Below, piece by piece: positions 36,905 to 49,920 of a stretch of 64,000 nt of DNA (its first letter is position 1; each line of letters begins with the position of its first letter). The stretch spans positions 7,502,001 to 7,566,000 of the forward strand of contig NC_135819.1 in NCBI RefSeq assembly GCF_964213995.1, given 5' to 3'. The position numbers and the translations under genes are program-made. Source of the stretch: Mustelus asterias. Lineage: Eukaryota. The notes beneath the pieces were generated by a model, which saw only the letters and a program-made list of their open reading frames with translations, did not search any database and was not told where the DNA came from.

Positions 36905-37250
36905 TGATTTGGATGTGTATGTCGCTGGCTGAGTCAGCATTTATTGCCCATTCCTAACTCCCTCCATTTCAGAGGGTATTTGAGAGTCAACCACATTGCT
37001 TTGGCTCTGGAGTCACATGTAGGTCAGACCAGGTAAGCATGGCAGATTTCCTTCCCTAAAGGAGATTAGTGAATGGGTTTTTCTGATAATTGACAATGAT
37101 TTCATGGTCACCATTAGACTTTTTAATTCCAGATGTTTTTATTGAATTCAAATTTCACCATCTGCCGTGGTGGGATTTGAACCCTAGTCCCCAGATCTTA
37201 TTCTAGGTTACTAGTCCAGTGCCAATACCACTATGATGCTGCCTCCCCCA
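36905..37250 (-). mobile_element. Deu-domain SINE (SacSINE1-like)
   Basis: Homologous to 20865-21075, with a B-box-like gggatttgaaccc. Confidence 0.7.
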
Positions 37251-37404
37251 GATGAGCTTGTTTCTGCATTGCTATTGCAAGAGTAGAAAAAATATAAATG
37301 CCTGGGTTAAATGTTGGTAAATGTACATTCATTAATGCTATACTAATTTAGTGAATAGACAGATGGCACTTAATGTGACAGAATGGTTCCAGATTTGTAC
37401 AGGC

Positions 37405-38838
37405 AGAGAGGTTTACAGCATGGAAACATGCCTTTCGGCCCAACTTGTCCATGCCGCCCTTTTTTTTTAAACCGCTAAACTAACCCCAATTGCCTGCATT
37501 TGGCCCATATCCCTCTATACCCATCGTACCCATGTAACTATCTAAATGCTTTTTAAAAGATAAAATTGTACCCGCCTCTACTCCTACCTTTGGCAGCTTG
37601 TTCCAGACACTCACCACCCTGTGTGTGAAAAGATTGCCCCTCTGGACACTTTTGTAACTCTCCCCTCTCATCTTAAACCTATGCCCTCTAGTTTTAGACC
37701 CCCCTACCTTTGGGGAAAAAATATTGACTATCTACCTTGTCTGTGCCCCTCATTATTTTATAGACCTCTATAAGGTCACCCCTCAGCCTCCTATGCTCCA
37801 GAGAAAAAAAAAGTCCCAGTCTCTTCAGCCTCTTTATAACTTAATCCGTCAAGTGCAGGTAGCATCCTAGTAAATCTTTTCTGCACTCTTTCTAGTTTAA
37901 TAATATCCTTTCTATAATAGGGTGACCAGAACTGCACACAGTATTCCAAGTGTGGCCTTACCAATGTCTTGTACAACTTCAACAAGACGTCCCAACTCCT
38001 GTATTCAATGTTCTGACCGATTAAACCAAGCATGCCGAACGCCTTCTTCACCACTCTGTCCACCTGTGACTCCACTTTCAAGGAGCTATGAACCTGTACC
38101 TTATGCTCTCTTTGTTCTGTAACTCTCCCCAACGCCCTACCATTAACTGAGTAAGTCCTGCCTTGGTTCAATCTACCAAAATGCATTACCTTGCATTTGT
38201 CTAAATTAAACTCCATCTGCCATTCATCAGCCCACTGGCCCAATTGATCAAGATCCTGTTGCAATTGGAGATAACTTTCTTCACTGTCCACTATGCCACC
38301 AATCTTGGTATATCTGCAAACTTACTAACCATGCCACCTATATTCTCATCCAAATCATTAATATAAATGACAAATAACAGTGGGCCCAGCACTGATCCCT
38401 GAGGCACACCGCTGGTCGCAGGCCTCCAGTTTGAAAAACAACTCTCTACAACTACCCTCTGGCTTCTGTCAAGAAGCCAATTTTATATCCATTTAGATAA
38501 CCTCACCCTGGATCCTGTGAGATTTAACTTTATGCAACAACCTACCATGCGGTACCTTGTCAAAGGCCTTGCTAAAGTCCATGTAGACAACATCAACTGC
38601 ACTGCCCTTATCTACCTTCTTGGTTACCCCTTCAAAAAACTCAATCAAATTTGTGAGACATGATTTTCCACTCACAAAGCCATGCTGACTGTCCCTAATC
38701 AGTCCTTGCGTCTCTAAATGCCTGTAGATCCTGTCTCTCAAAATACCTTCCAACAATTTACCCACCACAGATGTGAGGCTCACTGGCCTGTAGTTCCCAG
38801 GCTTTTCCCTGCAGCCCTTTTTAAACAAAGGCACAACA
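37405..38838 (-). mobile_element. CR1 LINE, 5'-truncated and frameshifted
   Basis: RT fragments in ORFs 37480..37671, 37791..38291 and 38493..38876. Confidence 0.92.
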
Positions 38839-39529
38839 GGATTGTAAAAGTAAAAAAAGATTGTAAATAGTGACAAAAAGCAATGTGATTACTCCTTGGG
38901 ATTTTGTTTAAAGGTTTTTGATTTTGTCAATAATAAAGAAAGATCAATTGGAAATATTAGATGAAGTAACTTTTCAAAATTTTATTTTCAAAAGTAGCGT
39001 TAACATTGTCTCATATTATTCCATTTTTCTGTAGAAGCCACTACTTATTGATGGTTGTACAGTTAGCTCAGGGCAGGCAACGTGAATCTGCATCTGGAAA
39101 GTGAGCATTGTGTTTTACTTCCTTTCACTGTATTGGAGAAAAGTAAAGATATTCTTCAGTGTAAAACCTAAATTCTCTGAATTTCTACATATCATGCGCA
39201 ATATATCAGTTTGTTTTACATTTGAATCTTGGCCCACTTGAGTGTTTTTCAGTCTGTCTTCTGTAAAGACAGAAGAATTCATAATGTGACAATACAGAAG
39301 CCGGTCTCTGCGGTCAGGTTTCTATTTTCACTCCTGGCCACATGATTTCATTGCTACATAAAGAGCAGTTATGATGAACATAGCCCAGTGCTGTCACGCT
39401 ACAGGAAGGTGTGAACAAAGACTGCCAGGCTGGATATTCTTCCCTTTCTGCTAATTACACATCTGGCTACAGCCTATAGCATCATCAGCAAGAATGCTGT
39501 GATATTGCTGCTTTTACAGGTGCGTTTGT

Positions 39530-39835
39530 GGGGAGGTGATGACATCGTGGTATTGTCACTGGACCCAGAGTAAATGCACTGGGGACCCGGGTTTGAATCC
39601 AACCGGAGCGGATGGTGAATTTTGAATTCAATAAAAATCTGAAATTAAACCATTGTCAATTGTTGTAAAAACCCATATGGTCAGTAATGTCCTTTGGGGA
39701 AGGAAATCTGTCTGGTCTGGCCTACATGTGATTCCAGATCCACAGCAATGTGGTTGACTCTGAAATGTCACTCAGTTCAATAAAGGATGCCCAAAAAACG
39801 CTGGCCGAGCCAGTGATACCCAATCCCACGATTGA
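39530..39835 (+). mobile_element. Deu-domain SINE (SacSINE1-like)
   Basis: tRNA-like head (gggtttgaatcc) and Deu-like core (ggtctggcctacatgtga..cacagcaatgtggttgactct). Confidence 0.7.
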
Positions 39836-40509
39836 ATACAATAAATTTAAATGTTAAAAATAAGCAAAATATATTGCAGATGAGATGAACAAGTTTAATG
39901 TTCCAGCAATGTGGAATCGCCCACTATTGAACTGCAAAATATTAATGCACACCTTATAAGAAACTTTAGTTAAAGTCAAAATAAGTTCTTGTTTCCATTG
40001 GTGTCTGTTTTTGGAGCACTCTGACAATAGACAACAAACCACAGAGTCAATTTTTATTAGGACAGAGGAGCTTAGGGACGATTTGATGGAGGTGTTTAAA
40101 ATTAAAAAACAATGGAGTTGTGTAGATAGAAACAGATTGTTCCCAGTGCTTGAAAGGATCTTTAACCAAGAAATAAGATTTGTAAATAAGATTGAATGGA
40201 GGAGATTTAGGACATAGATCAGGAAAATGTCTTTACACAGGAGACTGTGAGGTTATGGAGCAGAGTTAGTCATTGAAGCAACAAAGTGAGAGGTGATAAA
40301 GTCTCAGGGGAACTTGGGTGGGCACAGTTTATCAGAACCGCTGCTTATGGGGAGGATAAATGCTAACACAAACTGAACGGGTCAAACAACCTTATTCTGC
40401 TGTGATCTCTATTGTGTTGTCAGGACACAGATAGGAAATAAGGCCAGAGTTCAGTTTATAAAATCAAACAATAAAGATGGACAAAGAAGCCTGGCACATT
40501 TTATCTCTT

Positions 40510-41195
40510 AGAACCATAGAACCATAGAAAATTACAGCTCAGAAACAGGCCCTTTTGGCCCTTCTTGTCTGTGCCGAACCATTTTATGCCTAGTCCCACT
40601 GACCTGCACTTAGACCATATCCCTCCACACTCCTCTCATCCATGAACCCGTCCAAGTTTTTCTTAAATGTTAAAAGTGACCCCGCATTTACCACTTTATC
40701 CGGCAGCTCATTCCACACTCCCATCACTCTCTGCGTGAAGAAGCCCCCCCTAATATTCCCTTTAAACTTTTCTCCTTTCACCCTTAACCCATGCCCTCTG
40801 GTTTTTTTTTCTCCCCTAGCCTCAGCGGAAAAAGCCTGCTTGCATTCACTCTATCTATACCCATCAAAATCTTATACACCTCTACCAAATCTCCCCTCAA
40901 TCTTCTACGCTCCAGGGAATAAAGTCCCAACCTATTCAATCTCTCTCTGTAACTCAGCTTCTCAAGTCCCGGCAACATCCTTGTGAACCTTCTCTGCACT
41001 CTTTCAATCTTATTTACATCCTTCCTGTAACTAGGTGACCAAAACTGTACACAATACTCCAAATTCGGCCTCACCAATGCCTTATATAACCTTACCATAA
41101 CACTCCAACTTTTATACTCGATACTCCGATTTATAAAGGCCAATGTACCAAAGGCACTCTTTACGACCCTATCCACCTGTGGATAGGGTCGTAAA
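40510..41195 (-). mobile_element. CR1 3' fragment, near-identical to 14570-15240
   Basis: ORFs 40590..40781 and 40784..41176 are nearly identical to the 13.6-15.2 kb copy. Confidence 0.92.
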
Positions 41196-41943
41196 AATAG
41201 ATAGGATAGGTAAAAATAAATAAAGCTTCCTTTCTCATCACTGCAGCTTCAATGTATTTTGTCCCACGATCCTTACCATTGCTGAATCTCCCACCATCAT
41301 CATCCCTGGAATTATCATTCACCAGAAACTGACATCCAGGTGGTGTTTAATGACTGTTGCCATCTGAGCAAAACTGAGCCCAACAGGCATCAAGGAAAAA
41401 ATCTTCCATGACTGAGGCATAGCTGACACAGATGTTCAGGATTGTGATTGTTGAAAGCCAATCCTTGTATTCCAATGACACCCATCTTCCCTTGTTGTAT
41501 AAATAAATTAACGACCATAAATTCAAAATGAGACAATATTCTGTTCATCCACAACTGCTCCAAGAATGCAGTGGGCCGTGCTCAGCTACAGAAGGACTGG
41601 AACACCAGTCCAGTGGTACAAGAACAATATTCATGCTTCTTCAGTTCCAGGCAATGACCATCTTCATCAAAAAAAGACCCCAACATTTTCTACTCGAGAT
41701 TGAGATACACCCACATCACTGGATTCCTCACCATCAAGCACCCAGAAGTCACAATTTAACCGAGACTTGTGGACCAGGAATATTAAAAACAAAGTTACAA
41801 CAGCTAGCTGGATTCTGTGGACTGCTCACCTCCTCAGCCTTGAAAGCCCCTCCACCAGCTACAAGGCTTAAGTTAGGATTGTGTCCCTAATGTTTCAACA
41901 CCTGTTAAACACCAAAGTCACTGTCATCTCTGAGCAATTTTTC

Positions 41944-42492
41944 TGTGCATGTGTCTGTGTGTGTGTCTGTATGCATCTATGTCTGTATGTCTGTGTGAGT
42001 CTGTGTAGGGCGGGTGCATGTATATGTGTGTCTGTTGAATCTGTGTGTGTTTGTCTGTGTGTGTGTATGTGTGCGCGCGTGTGTTTGTATATGTGTGCGC
42101 ATGTGTGTTTGTGTGTGTTGCATATGTTTGTGTGAGTATGTGTTGTGTGTGTGTGTACTGTGTGAGTGTTGTCTGAGTGTTGTGTGTGTGTTGTGTGTAT
42201 TGTGTGTGTACTGTGTGAGTGTTGTCTGAGTGTTGTGGGTATTGTGTGTGTGTGTGTTGTGTGTCTGTGTGTGTGTGTTGTGTGTGTGTGTACTGTGTGA
42301 GTGTTGTCTGAGTGTTGTGTGTATTGTGTGTGTGTGTGTTGTGTGTCTGTGTGTGTGTATTGTGTGTGTGTGTACTGTGTGAGTGTTGTCTGAGTGTTGT
42401 GTGTGTGTCTGTGTGTGTGTTGTGTGTGTGTGTACTGTGTGAGTGTTGTCTGAGTGTTGTGTGTATTGTGTGTGTGTGTGTTGTGTGTGTGT
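41944..42492. repeat. Compound (TG)-rich simple repeat
   Basis: Directly visible. Confidence 0.93.
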
Positions 42493-42574
42493 ATTTTCTT
42501 ACTCCGGGATTGAGAAATTCAATTTAAAAAAATAGCCCAGCCACAATGCCTTGTTACTTAAAAATGAAAAACAC

Positions 42575-42812
42575 GGAAACTAGAAGCAGGAGGAGGCCAT
42601 TTGGCCCTTCGAGCCTGCTCCGCCATTCATTTTGATTATGGCTGATCATCGAATTCAATATCCAATCTTCCCCCCATATCCCTTTAGCTCCCAGAGCTAT
42701 ATCTAACTTCTTCTTGAAATCAGAGAACGTTTTGGCCTCAACTACTTCCTGTGGTAGTGAATTCCACACATTCACCACCCTCTGGGTGAAGAAATTTCTC
42801 CTCACCTCAGTT
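42575..42812 (-). mobile_element. CR1 3' fragment
   Basis: ORF 42554..42805 encodes FFTQRVVNVWNSLP. Confidence 0.8.
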
Positions 42813-42821
42813 ATAAAGTTA

Positions 42822-44286
42822 TAGAGGTTTACAGCATGGAAACAGGCCCTTCGGCCCTACCATGCCACTTAGTTTTTACCACTAAGCTAGTCCCAATTGC
42901 CCGCACGTGGCCCATATCCCTCTATACCTATCTTACCCATGAAACTCTAAATGCTTTTCAAGAGACAAAATTGTACCCACCTCTACTACTGCCTCTGGCA
43001 GCTTGTTCCAGACACTGAGTGAAAAAATTGCCTCCATGGGCCCTTTGTATCTCTCCCCTCTCACCTTAAACCTATGCCTTCTAGTTTTAGACTCCCCTAC
43101 CTTTGGGAAAAGATGTTGTATATCTACCTTATCTATGCCCCTCATTATAGACCTCTACAAGATCACCCCTCAGCCTCCAATGCTCCAGGAAAAAAAGTCC
43201 CAGTCTATCCAGCCTCTCCTCATAACTCAAGTCCCGGTAGCATCCTAGTAAATCTTTTCTGCGCTCTTTCTATTTTAATAACATCCTTTCTATAATAGGG
43301 TGACCAGAACTGTACACAGCATTCCAAGTGTGGCCTTGTACAGCTTCAACAAGACATCCCAATTCCTGTATTCAATGTTCTGACCGATGAAACCAAGCAT
43401 GCCGAATGCCTTCTTCACCACCCTGTCCACATGTGACTCCACTTTCAAGGAGCTATGAACCTGTGCTCCTAGATCTCTTTGTTCTCTAAGTCTCCTCAAC
43501 GCCCTACCATTAACTGAGTAAGTCCTCAGATTTATCTAAATTAAACTCTATCTGCCATTCGTCAGCCCACTGACCCAACTGATCAAGATCCCGTTGCAAT
43601 CCGAGATAACCTTCTTCACTGTCCACTATGCCACCAATCTTGGTGTCATCTGCAAACTTACTACCATGCCTCCTAAATTCTCATCAAAATTATTAATATA
43701 AATAGCAAATAACAGTGGACCTAGCACCAATCCCTGAGGCACACTACAGGTCACAGGCCTCCAGTTTGAAAAACAAAACAACCCTCTACAGCCACCCTCT
43801 GGCTTCTGTCGTCAAGCCAATTTTGTATCCATTTAGCTACCTCACCCTGGATCCCGTGAGACTTAACCTTATGCAACAACCTACCATGCGGTAACTTGTC
43901 AAAGGCCTTGCTAAAGTCCATGTAGGCAGCATCGACTGCACTACCCTCATCTACCTTCTTGGTTACTCCCTCAAAAAACTCAATCAAATTTGTGAGACAT
44001 GATTTTCCACTCACAAAGCCATGCTGACTGTCCCTAATCAGTCCTTGCCTCTCTAAATGCCTGTAGATCCTGTCTCTCAGAATACCTTCTAACAACTTAC
44101 CCACTACAGATGTGAGGCTCACCGGCCTGTAGTTCCCAGGCTTTTCCCTGCAGCCCTTCTTGAACAAAGGCACAACATTTGCCACCCTCCAATCTTCAGG
44201 CATCTCACCTGTGGCTGTCGATGATTCAAATTAAAGGGGACCTGCAATTTCCTCTCTAACCTCCCACAACGTCCTGGGATACACTT
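42822..44286 (-). mobile_element. CR1 LINE (3' part), continuing at 52884-53050 beyond the Gypsy insertion
   Basis: RT fragments. The flanks cctgggatacactt|catcaggtcccggg rejoin into the KSPGPDEVYPR motif on the minus strand. Confidence 0.9.
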
Positions 44287-44544
44287 TGTGGTGACCCACT
44301 GTAACTACATGTTATATTCCTGGACACACCCCTGCTGCGCCTGACCCGAGACTCCTCCCTTTCCACTTGATTGAGGTGTAAAGATAACGGTTCCTCCCCA
44401 CTGCCTCAGTCTGGCCCAGGCTAGCTACAAGGGTGTGTTCCAGTTCTTTGCGATTAAAAGCCTGTTGTTTTCACTCACTCGCTGGAGTCCTCGTAAATTG
44501 ATGGTGCATCAATTTTAATCGCAAAGAAAAACAAAACTCCTAGG

Positions 44545-45725
44545 ATGGAACAAATTTAGACCTGGATAAGTTAGACCTGGATCCGCAAGCTGTGGGAGTG
44601 GCTAACAGCTTCGATCACTGGCTGAAGTGCTTTGAAGCCTTCCTCGAAGCCTCCGCTGTCGTCCAGTCCGAATCAGACAAGCTGCACGTGCTCCACGCCC
44701 GGGTAAGCGATGTGGTTTATGCCACCATCCGTGACGCTGAGACGTACAGGGACGCGCTCGAGCTCCTAAAGAGCCAGTATCGTAAACAGACAAATGAAGT
44801 CTACGCCAGACACCTTCTGGCTACTCGAAGACAACGGCCGGGAGAATCGAGTGCACAGTTTCTCCGCGAACTACGGGTACTCGGCAGGGCCTGTAACTGC
44901 AAGGCTGTATCCGCCGGGCAGTACACGGAGGACTTAATCCACGATGCCTATGTTACGGGCATCGCGTCCAACTACATTTGGCAGCGACTGCTGGAGCAAG
45001 GTGGGCTGGACCTACCAAAAACAGTGGCGCTCGCTGAATCTTTAGAGGTGGCCTCCCGTAACCTCGAGGCTTACGCACCCGACCACACGGTTGCATCGTG
45101 GGCACCACGGCCGCTGCCACCCCAGTATCTAGGAGGGCCGCAGACGTACGCCACACCGCGCCTCACCAACGACTCGACTGCTGCGGCTGTTGCAGGTCCG
45201 AAGTGTTATTTTTGCGGCCTGGGGAAGCACCCCCGACAACGCTGCCCGGCGAGGGAGGTGTTCTGCTCTGGGTGCGGGAAGAAGGGCCACTGTGCTAAAG
45301 TCTGCAGGGCAAAGTCGTCCTCAAAGCCAAACAGTGCCACGTGCGACCCAAGGGAGCCGCCATTTCGGACGCCATCGACCGCGTGTGAGACAAGGGAGCC
45401 GCCATTTTGGACGCCATCGACCGCATGTGAGACAAGGGAGCCGCCATTTTGGACGCCGGCAACTGCGGTCGACCACCCTCCAGGATCCACGGTGGCAGCT
45501 GTCCAGCGAGATCAATCCCGTCCACATCAACTCGCCAGGTCCATGATGGACATCCAGGTAAACGGCCACGTGGGAAATTGTTTGTTCGACTGCGGGAGTA
45601 CGGAGAGTTTCATCCACCCCGATACGGTGAGCCGCGACGCCCTTTCCGTGTGGCCAGTTAAACAAACCATTTCCTTGGCCTCAAAGTCCCGCTCGGTGGA
45701 TGTCCTCGGGTACTGTGTGGTTCCA
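44545..45725 (+). pseudogene. gag: Gypsy gag plus protease N-terminus
   Basis: ORF 44592..45749 has zinc knuckles CYFCGLGKHPRQRC and CSGCGKKGHCAKVC and protease LFDCGSTESFI. Frameshift near the ATG at 44545. Confidence 0.88.
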
Positions 45726-48700
45726 CTGGAGCAAGCAGAGAGGGAGTGATTTGTGGCAGGAGTGCTGGTGAGAGATTTAAATATTTATTTATTTAGTCAG
45801 TTAGTGTGTTTTTTTTGCCTTTATTTTTGTAGCAGTATTTTTCTTAATTTTAAACTGAAAACCGGAAGGGGGCCGCTAAGGAGTCTGGGAAGGGTTTTTT
45901 AAGCGCACGAAGTATAAAAGGTAGGCTGCAGTATACAGCGGGCAGCGTCGGGAGCGGGCAGCGTAGTGAGCAGGGAGCAGAGTGTGAGCTATAAGGGCTT
46001 TGGCTCACAGGGCTTCGGGGGACAGGGCGAGCAGGGGGTGAGGTTTTCCTTTCATTCTTATTTACTTTTCTCTGTGTACCTTGGTATAAAGGGGCAAATA
46101 TGAGTGTGAAGCCAGTGTGTTGTTCCCAGTGTAGGATGTGGGAGGTCCTGGAGGCACCTGGCCTCCCGGACATCCACATCTGTGAGGGGTGTGTCGAGCT
46201 GCGGTTCCTGAGGGCCCGTGTTAAGGAGCTGGAACTGCAGCTCGAGGATCTTAGGCTGTTAAGGGAGAATGAGGAGGTGATAGACAAGAGCTATCATCAG
46301 GTGGTCAGACCAGGGCCATGCGTGGAGGCCAAGTGGGTGACGGCCAGGAAGGGTAAAGCTCGGGTGATTGAGAGCACCCCGGTGGATGTGCCCCTACACA
46401 ACAAGTACTCCTGCCTGAGTACTGCTGGGGGGGACAGCCCGCCTGGGGGAAGCAGCAGTGGCCGTGTCTCCGGAGTGGAGTCTGGTCCTGGAACTCAGAG
46501 GGCTAAGGAAAAGGGGAGGAAGGCAGTGTTAATCGGGGACTCGATGGTAAGGGGGTCGGACAGGCGTTTTTGCGGAGGCAGGCGGGAGTCTCGGATGGTG
46601 GTCTGCCTCCCTGGGGCCGGGATCCAGGATGTCGCTGGTCGACTCCCAGAAATCCTGAGGGGGGAGGGAGAGGAGCCAGAGGTAGCGGTACATATTGGTA
46701 CTGCTGATGTGGGAAGGAAGGGGGAAGGGGTCATGAAAAGAGAGTATAGGGAATTAGGGAGACAGCTGAGGAGGAGGAAAGCAAAGGTAGTAATCTCAGG
46801 ATTGCTGCCTGTGCCACGGGAGGGTGAGGGCAGGAATGGAGTGAGGTGGAGGATGAATGTGTGGCTGAGGGACTGGTGCAGGGGGCAGGGATTCAGGTTC
46901 CTGGACCATTGGGACCTCTTTAGGGGCAGGTGTGACCTGTACACAAAAAACGGGTGGCACTTGAATCCCAGGGGGACGAATATCCTGGCGGGAAGGTTGG
47001 CTAAGGCTACTGGGGAGAGTTTAAACTAGATAGGTTGGGGAGAGGGGATCAAGACGAGGTGACTGGGAGCGAGGAAGTTAGCTCGCAAACAGAGAAGGGT
47101 TATAGACAGTGCAAGAGTGAGGATGGACGGGGGATAGAGAAGGGGAGAGCTCAGACAAAAGGATTGAGATGTGTTTACTTTAATGCCAGGAGTATAGTGA
47201 ATAAAGGGGATGAGCTCAGAGCGTGGATCGATGCCTGGAAGTGTGATGTGGTGGCCATTACGGAGACTTGGATGTCTCAGGGACAGGACTGGATACTCCA
47301 GGTGCCGCGATTCAGATGTTTCAGGAAGGACAGGGAGGGAGGCAAGAGAGGGGGTGGAGTGGCACTGCTGATCAGGAATAGTGTCACAGCTGTAGAGAAG
47401 GTGTATGCTGTGGAGCGATTGTCTACAGAGTCTCTGTGGGTGGAAGTTCGGAGTGGGAAGGGGTCGAACACTTTGCTGGGAGTTTTCTATAGGCCGCCCA
47501 ATAGTGACAGGGAGGTGGAGGAGCAGATAGGGAAACAGATCCTGGAGAGTTGCAATAATAGCAGAGTTGTTGTGATGGGAGACTTTAGTTTCCCAAACAT
47601 AGATTGGAATATCCCTAGGGTAAGAGGATTGGATGGGGAGGAGTTTGTTAGGTGTGTTCAGGAGGGTTTCCTGACAGAGCATGTGGACAAGCCTACAAGA
47701 GGAGAGGCGGTACTTGATCTGATACTGACCAATGAGCCTGGACAGGTGTCAGATCTCTCAGTGGGAGAGCATCTTGGGGATAGCGATCATAACTCTATCT
47801 CCTTTATGCTTGCGTTGGAAAAAGAGAAGATCAGGCAAGATAGGAAAGCGTTTATATGGAGTAAGGGGAAACATGAAGACATAAGGCAGCAAATTAGAGG
47901 AGTAAATTGGAAGGAGGTATTCTCGGGGAAATCTGACTGAAGAGAGGTGGCAGTTTTTCAAGGAATGTCTGTCTAGGGTTCTACAGGACAATGTTCCGAG
48001 CAGACAGGGAGTAGTTGGTAGGTTAAAGAAACTGTGGTGCACGAAAGCTGTGCGGGACCTAGTCGAGAAAAAAAGGAAAGCATACAAAAGGTTCAGAGAG
48101 CTTGGTGAAGATAGGGATCTAGATGAGTATACGGCTTGTAGGAAGGGACTAAAGAAGGAAATTAGGAGAGCCAGAAGGGGTCACGCGAAGGCTTTGGCAA
48201 GTAGAATTAAGGAAAACCCTAAGGCGTTCTATAAATATGTGAAGAGTAAAAGGATGAGACGTGAAGGAATAGGGCCTATAAAAGGTGAAGGCGGGAAAAT
48301 CAGTACGGAACCAGTAGAAATGGCAGAGGTGCTTAATGAGTATTTTGCCTCGGTTTTCACAGAGGAGAAGGACATGGGTGGATGTACTGTGGGCTTGCGG
48401 TGGACTGAAAAGATTGAGTATGTGGAATTTAACAAAGAGGTTGTGCTGGAATCTTTAAATGGCATCAAGATAGATAAGTCGCCGGGTCCGGATGGGATGT
48501 ACCCCAGGTTACTGTGGGAGGCGAGGGAAGAGATTTCAGAGCCTCTGGCAATGATCTTTGCGTCGTCGATGGAGACGGGAAAGGTGCCAGAGGATTGGAG
48601 GATTGCGGATATGGTTCCTATTTTCAAGAAGGGAAAAAGGGATAGCCCAGGAAATTACCGACCGGTGAGTCTAACCTCAGTGGTTGGGAAGCTGATGGAG

Positions 48701-49913
48701 AAGATCATGAGGGACAAGATTTATGAGCATTTGGAGAGGTTTAGTATGCTCAAGAATACTCAGCATGGCTTTGTCAAAGGCAGATCGTGCCTTACGAGCC
48801 TGGTGGAGTTCTTCAAAAATGTGACTAAACACATTGACGAAGGGAAAGCGGTAGATGTGGTTTATATGGATTTTAGCAAGGCGTTCGATAAGGTCCCCCA
48901 TGCAAGGCTTCTAGAAAAAGTGAGAGGGCATGGGATCCAAGGGGCTGCTGCCCTGTGGATCCAGAACTGGCTTGCCCAAAGGAGGCAGAGAGTGTGTATA
49001 GATGGGTCTTTTTCTAATTGGAGGTCGGTCACCAGTGGTGTGCCCCAGGGATCTGTTCTGGGACCCTTGCTGTTTGTCATTTTCATAAATGACCTGGGTG
49101 AGAAAGTGGAGGGATGGGTTGGTAAGTTTGCCAACGACACGAAGGTTGGTTGGGTTGTGGATAGTCTGGAGGGATGTCAGAAGTTACAGAGGGACATAGA
49201 TAGGATGCAAGACTGGGCGGACAAGTGGCAGATGGACTTCAACCCAGATAAATGCGTCGTGGTCCATTTTGGCAGGTCAAATGGGATGAAGGAGTACAAT
49301 ATTAAGGGAAAGACGCTTAGTACTGTGGAGGATCACAGGAGTCCGGGGATAATGATGCAGCTATCTATATAAGACCCTCGTCAGACCCCACTTGGAGTAC
49401 TGTGCTCAGTTCTGGTCGCCTCATTACAGGAAGGATGTGGAAAAGATTGAAAGGGTGCAGAGGCGATTTACAAGGATGTTGCCTGGATTGAGTGACATGC
49501 CTTATGAGGATAGGCTGAGGGAGCTCGGTCTTTTCTCCTTGGAGAGACGTAGGATGAGAGGAGACCTGATAGAGGTATATAAGATGTTGAGAGGCATAGA
49601 TCGGGTGGTCTCTCAGAGGCTTTTTCCCAGGGTGGAAATGTCTGCTACGAGAGGACACAGGTTTAAGGTGCTGGGGGGTAGGTACAGGGGAAATGTTAGG
49701 GGTAAGTTTTTCACACAGAGGGTGGTGGGTGAGTGGAATCGGCTGCCGTCAGTGGTGGTGGAGGCAAACTCAATAGGGTATTTTAAGAAACTCCTGGATG
49801 AGTACATGGGACTTAATAGGATGGAGGGTTTATAGGTAGGCGTAAAAGGTAGGGATATGTTCGGCACAACTTGTGGGGCCGAAGGGCCTGTTTTGTGCTG
49901 TAGTTTTCTATGT
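45726..49913 (+). mobile_element. Near full-length CR1 LINE inserted in the Gypsy protease
   Basis: 5' UTR, ORF1 46100..47029, broken ORF2 (47035..47940, 48050..49372, 49392..49835), tail ttctatgtt. Possible ttcca TSD. Confidence 0.93.
46100..47029 (+). CDS. CR1 ORF1p: zinc finger, coiled coil and SGNH esterase-like domain
   Basis: CSQC..CEGC, heptad-rich segment, LIGDSMVRG, HIGT, GWHLN. Confidence 0.88.
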   Translation: MSVKPVCCSQCRMWEVLEAPGLPDIHICEGCVELRFLRARVKELELQLEDLRLLRENEEVIDKSYHQVVRPGPCVEAKWVTARKGKARVIESTPVDVPLHNKYSCLSTAGGDSPPGGSSSGRVSGVESGPGTQRAKEKGRKAVLIGDSMVRGSDRRFCGGRRESRMVVCLPGAGIQDVAGRLPEILRGEGEEPEVAVHIGTADVGRKGEGVMKREYRELGRQLRRRKAKVVISGLLPVPREGEGRNGVRWRMNVWLRDWCRGQGFRFLDHWDLFRGRCDLYTKNGWHLNPRGTNILAGRLAKATGESLN

Positions 49914-49920
49914 TTCCAAG

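Noticed and set aside
41881-42527. Cys/Val-rich ORFs
   Set aside because: Translations of TG microsatellite.
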